The position numbers and the translations under genes were made by a program. From Acidocella sp. (GTDB taxonomy: Bacteria; Pseudomonadota; Alphaproteobacteria; Acetobacterales; Acetobacteraceae): a stretch of DNA of 37,046 nucleotides. Below are positions 32,609 through 37,046 of this stretch, piece by piece. Each line of letters opens with the position of its first letter. Within the stretch, counting starts at the first letter, position 1. Location of the stretch: contig JAQUAC010000001.1 in assembly GCA_028687415.1 (NCBI GenBank), positions 1 through 37,046 of the forward strand, read 5' to 3'. The notes under the pieces were generated by a model. That model did not search any database and had not been told where the DNA came from. It saw only the letters and a list, made by a program, of their open reading frames with translations.

Positions 32609-32663
32609 ACCACGATTGTGTGCTTGAAATTAGCCAGACATCATATCAACCGTGGATGACACT

Positions 32664-33290
32664 ATGCAAATTATCGTACTGGCTAGCCGTAAGGGTGGAG
32701 CTGGAAAGACAACGCTTTCCTGTCATCTTGCTGTCGAAGCAGAGCGGGCCGGCGCTGGGCCAGTAGCTATCATCGACACCGACGACATGGCCGGGCTATC
32801 GAAGTGGTGGGATGCCCGGAAGGCAAAAACGCCTATCCTAACCAGGGCGGAGCCTGATCTGTCGTCAGCACTCGACGTGCTGCGTGCACACGGCATTAAA
32901 ACGGTCATCGTCGACACGCCGCCGGCAATGAACCTCCACGTGGCCGACACGATTTCTCTGGCCGATCTGGTGTTGATCCCGGTCCAGCCCAGCCCCGATG
33001 ACCTGCGTGCAGTCGGTGCGACTGTCGAAATGGTCAGCGCGGCGAAAAAGAAGCTTGTCTTCATCATCAACCGGGTGAAACCACGAGTTAAATTGACAGG
33101 GGAAGCGGCTATAGCCCTAAGCCAGCACGGCGTTGTTTCGCCAACATTCGTCTGGGACCGAATCGACTATGCTGCCGCCAAAGTGGACGGCCTCACCGCA
33201 CCTGAAATCGACCCACATAGCCAGGCCGCCAAAGAGATCCGCGAGCTATGGTTCTACGTCAACTCCCGCCTGGAGATGTCCCGTGACTAA
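32664..33290 (+). CDS. parA: ParA family ATPase (type Ib), copy 2
   Basis: KGGAGKTT, IDTD, IVDTPP, PVQPSPDD. Confidence 0.93.
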   Translation: MQIIVLASRKGGAGKTTLSCHLAVEAERAGAGPVAIIDTDDMAGLSKWWDARKAKTPILTRAEPDLSSALDVLRAHGIKTVIVDTPPAMNLHVADTISLADLVLIPVQPSPDDLRAVGATVEMVSAAKKKLVFIINRVKPRVKLTGEAAIALSQHGVVSPTFVWDRIDYAAAKVDGLTAPEIDPHSQAAKEIRELWFYVNSRLEMSRD

Positions 33291-33543
33291 ACAACCACTA
33301 TCTCCTCTGAGCTCCATCATGCCCGCCAAGGGTGAAGCCGCGAAAGTGGAAACGCTGCCGGAAGTCACCGTGCCCGTGCACGACAATAGCGTTCCGGCCA
33401 AGGAGGGGCGCGATACCATAACCGTAAGAATCACAACTCGTAACAATGAACGACTGCGCATCATGGGTTTCAAAGAACGCATGAACAAACAGACGATGCT
33501 GGACGAAGCAATTGAAGAATATCTAACCCGGCGAGGGTATTAA
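33283..33543 (+). CDS. Ribbon-helix-helix partition protein, copy 2 (86 aa)
   Basis: GTG start overlapping the parA 3' end. C-terminus TITVRITTRNNERLRIMGFKERMNKQTMLDEAIEEYL. Confidence 0.78.
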   Translation: MTKQPLSPLSSIMPAKGEAAKVETLPEVTVPVHDNSVPAKEGRDTITVRITTRNNERLRIMGFKERMNKQTMLDEAIEEYLTRRGY

Positions 33544-33693
33544 CATGCCTCCGATTGATCTGTTGTTGTATCGATATGGATATCCCATGCGATAGAACGG
33601 CCCTATGCTACTTTTCTATTCCGCTAAGCTGTACAGGCTGAAGCAACTCGTCGAACCCCGTCGCGCGATAATTTGCCTTGGCAAACAACTTTA

Positions 33694-34134
33694 TCATGCC
33701 GCAGCATGGTGTGTTTCTTTCGTCTTTCTCTTCTGTCGAGCAGGCAATGCCGAAAGGGCAGGGGGGTCGCGATCGAGCAAAAGCAGGGCGCTACTCACGG
33801 CCCGGCTAGGCAGCAAATCGCCGGTTTCATATTTCTGAAAAGCTCGCGGCCCACCGCCGATCAGCTCGCCCGCAACCGCCTGGGTAAGCCGCAGCTTCTT
33901 GCGGATGCGCTTGATGTCGGTCGGCTCCAACAGCGCTTCCACCCTTGCCTTGAGCAGGTTCAACGCCCGGTCAGACACCTTCATGTCCTCCCCCGAGTGG
34001 ATGCTCTCGTTAGAGGCGTCACAGTACCAGCCCGGCATATCAATCGTCAGGCTTTCCCCCTTATAAGCGAGGGTCATCGGCCGCACCGCGCGGTACATCG
34101 GCACCCCGGTTTCGGGGCAAACAGGGCTAGTCAT
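33694..34134 (-). CDS. mqsA: MqsA-family antitoxin, copy 2
   Basis: Clear paralogue of 11796-12239 (EDMKVSDRALN, RAFQKYE). Confidence 0.88.
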   Translation of the reverse strand: MTSPVCPETGVPMYRAVRPMTLAYKGESLTIDMPGWYCDASNESIHSGEDMKVSDRALNLLKARVEALLEPTDIKRIRKKLRLTQAVAGELIGGGPRAFQKYETGDLLPSRAVSSALLLLDRDPPALSALPARQKRKTKETHHAAA

Positions 34135-34441
34135 CGCCTTTCTCCTTGAATGACAACAACAAAAATTCGGTCACAACATCCGCCGTGAACTTGACGTAGA
34201 GCGTGCCGACCGCAGAGGGCACATGGTAAACATCCTGCCACAGCCGATGGTCAGCAAAGGCCGTCATTGACTTATAAAACTGCGACCGCCGCATGCTTTG
34301 GAGCGTCGCCACGATCTCGGCGCGGCCAAACCCCAAAGCCGCCGCCCCACGCAGGGCAGTACCTGTGGCGTTTAGCTTGTCGTCCGCAACAAAAGCCGCC
34401 TTGAACGCCTCCAGGTCGTAGGTCGGCTTCCGCTTCTCCAT
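34127..34441 (-). CDS. mqsR: MqsR-family toxin, copy 2
   Basis: MEKRKPTYDL...FYKSMT...WQDVYH...LSFKEK. Confidence 0.92.
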   Translation of the reverse strand: MEKRKPTYDLEAFKAAFVADDKLNATGTALRGAAALGFGRAEIVATLQSMRRSQFYKSMTAFADHRLWQDVYHVPSAVGTLYVKFTADVVTEFLLLSFKEKGDD

Positions 34442-34447
34442 TACGCC

Positions 34448-34476
34448 ATTTTTACACCATTATGATGTATTGTCAA
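34448..34476 (-). promoter_or_regulatory. mqsRA-2 promoter/operator
   Basis: Minus-strand TTGACA followed by imperfect palindrome TACATC-ATAAT-GGTGTA. Same layout as copy 1. Confidence 0.6.
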
Positions 34477-34496
34477 TCACAATCAGTCGCCATCAC

Positions 34497-35456
34497 TCAA
34501 ACCCTAATCCGCTCGACCTCATCGAGGCTGATCTCGTCCTGCCGCCGATCATAGAGCTGGGTGGTCCGGGTCGAAGCATGATTTGCCATGGCGGCGGCGT
34601 TTTCCAACGTGCCGCCGTTTTTCAGATAGGCCGTGATCCCGGTCGCCCTAAAACTGTGGTTTCCCACCTTGGTCGCAATATCGGCCGCCGTGGCACGTCG
34701 GCCGATCATCGCATAGGCGTTGGCCTGGGGCAGGGGGGTGCGCGTAAGCTTGCCGGTCCCTCGACCGATGGTACGAAATAACGGCCCCTTGGCGTCGTCG
34801 ACCAGGCCAGCCCCCTCGATATAGGCGTGCAGATAGGCTTCAAGGTTATGGTGGCAGGGCATTTCGTGCTGCTTGCCGCCTTTCTCGCGCAACCGCACCC
34901 ATAACCGGCGCTTCTGCGTAAAAACGTCCTCGACCTTCATCCCCAGCGCCGCACCAATCCGCGCGAAGGAATAAACCATCAGCGCGATCAGCGCCCGGTC
35001 GCGCAGGCCTGCCGGTGTCGCCACGTCGATGCTGTCCAGCAGCGCGCGCGCCTCTTCCGGCTCCAGCACCGGCGTCTTGCCGGTTTTCACGATATGGCGG
35101 GGGCCACGGACCGAGGCAGCCGGGTTCACCGGCACGATCTGGCCCGTCACCAGCCAGTCGAACAAATGCCGCACGGCCGCCAGGCGCAGTTTCGCGGTTG
35201 GGGCGGCATGCTCGCGCGTCTGCAATTCTACCCAAGCCGCGACATGCAGCGGCTGCACCTGGGCGATTGAACGCACACCGGCATCCTCACTCCAGGCCAA
35301 AAAATCTGCCACGGCCCGCATATAGGCCCGGCGCGTGTGCGGGTTGCGGATGTTGGCGGCAAAAAATTCCATAAAGCGGATGCTGGCTTGTTCACCGGCA
35401 ACGGCGACAAGAGCGGGGAGGGCGCCAAGTGCGGTGACCGGGGCGAGTTGGTTCAT
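34497..35456 (-). CDS. Tyrosine recombinase (XerC/D-like plasmid resolvase/integrase)
   Basis: Catalytic set R (FARIG), K (EKGGK), HxxR (HSFR), H (ANHAS), Y (TQLY), plus an N-terminal SAM-like domain. Confidence 0.93.
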   Translation of the reverse strand: MNQLAPVTALGALPALVAVAGEQASIRFMEFFAANIRNPHTRRAYMRAVADFLAWSEDAGVRSIAQVQPLHVAAWVELQTREHAAPTAKLRLAAVRHLFDWLVTGQIVPVNPAASVRGPRHIVKTGKTPVLEPEEARALLDSIDVATPAGLRDRALIALMVYSFARIGAALGMKVEDVFTQKRRLWVRLREKGGKQHEMPCHHNLEAYLHAYIEGAGLVDDAKGPLFRTIGRGTGKLTRTPLPQANAYAMIGRRATAADIATKVGNHSFRATGITAYLKNGGTLENAAAMANHASTRTTQLYDRRQDEISLDEVERIRV

Positions 35457-35461
35457 GGCGC

Positions 35462-35968
35462 TCAGAACCCGTTCCGCTCCAGATCAATCACCCGCACGAT
35501 CATCGCCCGGCGCGGATCGAAGGGCAGATCCTCAAATCCAAAGCGCCTATAGAAGGCGCGCAACTCATCATCGAGCGGATGTGTCACAACGCCAAAACAT
35601 CCAATGTCTTTTGAAAAACGCACCGCTGTTGTGAGCGCGAACCACATCAGCGAGCGCGCATAGCCACGGCCTTGGTACCGCCGGTCAACGGCAAGCTGGC
35701 CAAGCAAAATCGCCGGCAACGGATCGGGCTGATTGCGTTGCGCCGGTTTAGGCAAATAGGCCCGCTCAATCTGCGCGCTGCTGAGCGAGACATAGCCCGC
35801 GATCTCGCGGGTCTCCGCAGCGCACACCACGCTCGTGCGTGAGGCCCCGCTTTGCTGGTTGCGCCAGGCGTTGCGCCGGAACCATTGATTGAGAGAATCC
35901 CGGCCACAGTCGAACCCTTCGCGGTCGTCATCGCCGTTGAGGGGGCGCGGCGATATCAGTCCTGCCAT
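35462..35968 (-). CDS. GNAT acetyltransferase toxin (TacT/AtaT-like)
   Basis: FDCGRDSLNQW, LGQLAVDRRYQGRGYA acetyl-CoA motif, FYRRFGF. Confidence 0.9.
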   Translation of the reverse strand: MAGLISPRPLNGDDDREGFDCGRDSLNQWFRRNAWRNQQSGASRTSVVCAAETREIAGYVSLSSAQIERAYLPKPAQRNQPDPLPAILLGQLAVDRRYQGRGYARSLMWFALTTAVRFSKDIGCFGVVTHPLDDELRAFYRRFGFEDLPFDPRRAMIVRVIDLERNGF

Positions 35969-36225
35969 GCAGGCCCGGCTGCGGCCAAGTCACGCAAGGC
36001 TGGCACCTGCTTGGCAGGGGCCAGCGCCCAGGCCTCGAAGCGTTCCCAATCGGCCGCTGGAATGGTGATGATCCGGTGATCGAGCAGCGCAAGCTCCGCC
36101 GCTTCCAAAGCTTTGCGACGCATAAAGTCGCTGAGGTTCGTCCGCGCCTGGGCAGCGGCGGCTTCCAGAAGATCGCGTTCGCTGGGGCTGACCCGAACGC
36201 TCACCAGGGGATTGGGAGCGGGCAT
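35956..36225 (-). CDS. DUF1778 RHH antitoxin (TacA/AtaR-like)
   Basis: VSVRVSPSERDLLEAAA...LSDFMRRKALEAA. Upstream of and overlapping the GNAT gene. Confidence 0.88.
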   Translation of the reverse strand: MPAPNPLVSVRVSPSERDLLEAAAAQARTNLSDFMRRKALEAAELALLDHRIITIPAADWERFEAWALAPAKQVPALRDLAAAGPAWQD

Positions 36226-36285
36226 TTTATATTCTCCTGTTGTACAGGTAGGACAATGTCATACAACCAACCGCGCGTCAATACA

Positions 36286-36313
36286 TTATTTGATAAAGGA
36301 CATTATCATATAT
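36286..36313. other. dif-like tyrosine-recombinase site B
   Basis: ttatttGATAA-AGGACA-TTATCAtatat. Lies between the two divergent DUF1778/GNAT operons, upstream of the operon containing the recombinase. Confidence 0.72.
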
Positions 36314-36340
36314 AGACTTGGCAGGCGGTGTGAATTTCAT

Positions 36341-36361
36341 TGTACGGCTTCATTCCGTATG
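36341..36361. promoter_or_regulatory. Putative DUF1778/GNAT operator
   Basis: tGTACGG-cttcatt-CCGTATg near-palindrome upstream of the antitoxin gene. A related gtaggac-aat-gtcatac lies at 36248-36264 in front of the other copy. Confidence 0.55.
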
Positions 36362-36389
36362 GTACGGCTAGGGAAATTAAGGAGTTCCC

Positions 36390-37046
<657 letters not shown>

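Noticed and set aside
34497-35456. Integron integrase or prophage integrase
   Set aside because: I see no IntI-specific insertion, attC cassette array or phage genes. It fits a plasmid resolvase.

Overview
A complete circular plasmid of about 37,013 bp. The last 33 bases (37014-37046) repeat bases 1-33, and a GNAT toxin gene reads across that junction. Gene families suggest an alphaproteobacterial host, plausibly an acidophilic Acetobacteraceae member (inference only). The molecule looks like a cointegrate of two related mobilizable plasmids. Each half carries a winged-HTH Rep-like gene with a putative antisense ctRNA, a ParA plus ribbon-helix-helix partition pair with a 42-bp palindrome, an MqsR/MqsA module, a DUF1778/GNAT module, a MOBQ relaxase with oriT and a mobC-like gene, and a restriction-modification system. 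Two directly repeated dif-like sites (GATAA-AGGACA-TTATCA at 18541 and 36292) separate the two gene sets exactly, and a tyrosine recombinase is encoded near one of them. Cargo includes a type IIG RM enzyme, an uncharacterised gene plus HEPN-motif gene pair, a VapBC-SNF2-Mod-Res operon and a VirD4-type coupling protein. There is also a copper cluster (truncated CopA, Spy/CpxP-like, rusticyanin-like and SHOCT proteins) next to a Tn3-like miniature element that cuts both ardC and copA. No rRNA, tRNA or CRISPR array was seen. All family assignments come from motif recognition, not database searches.
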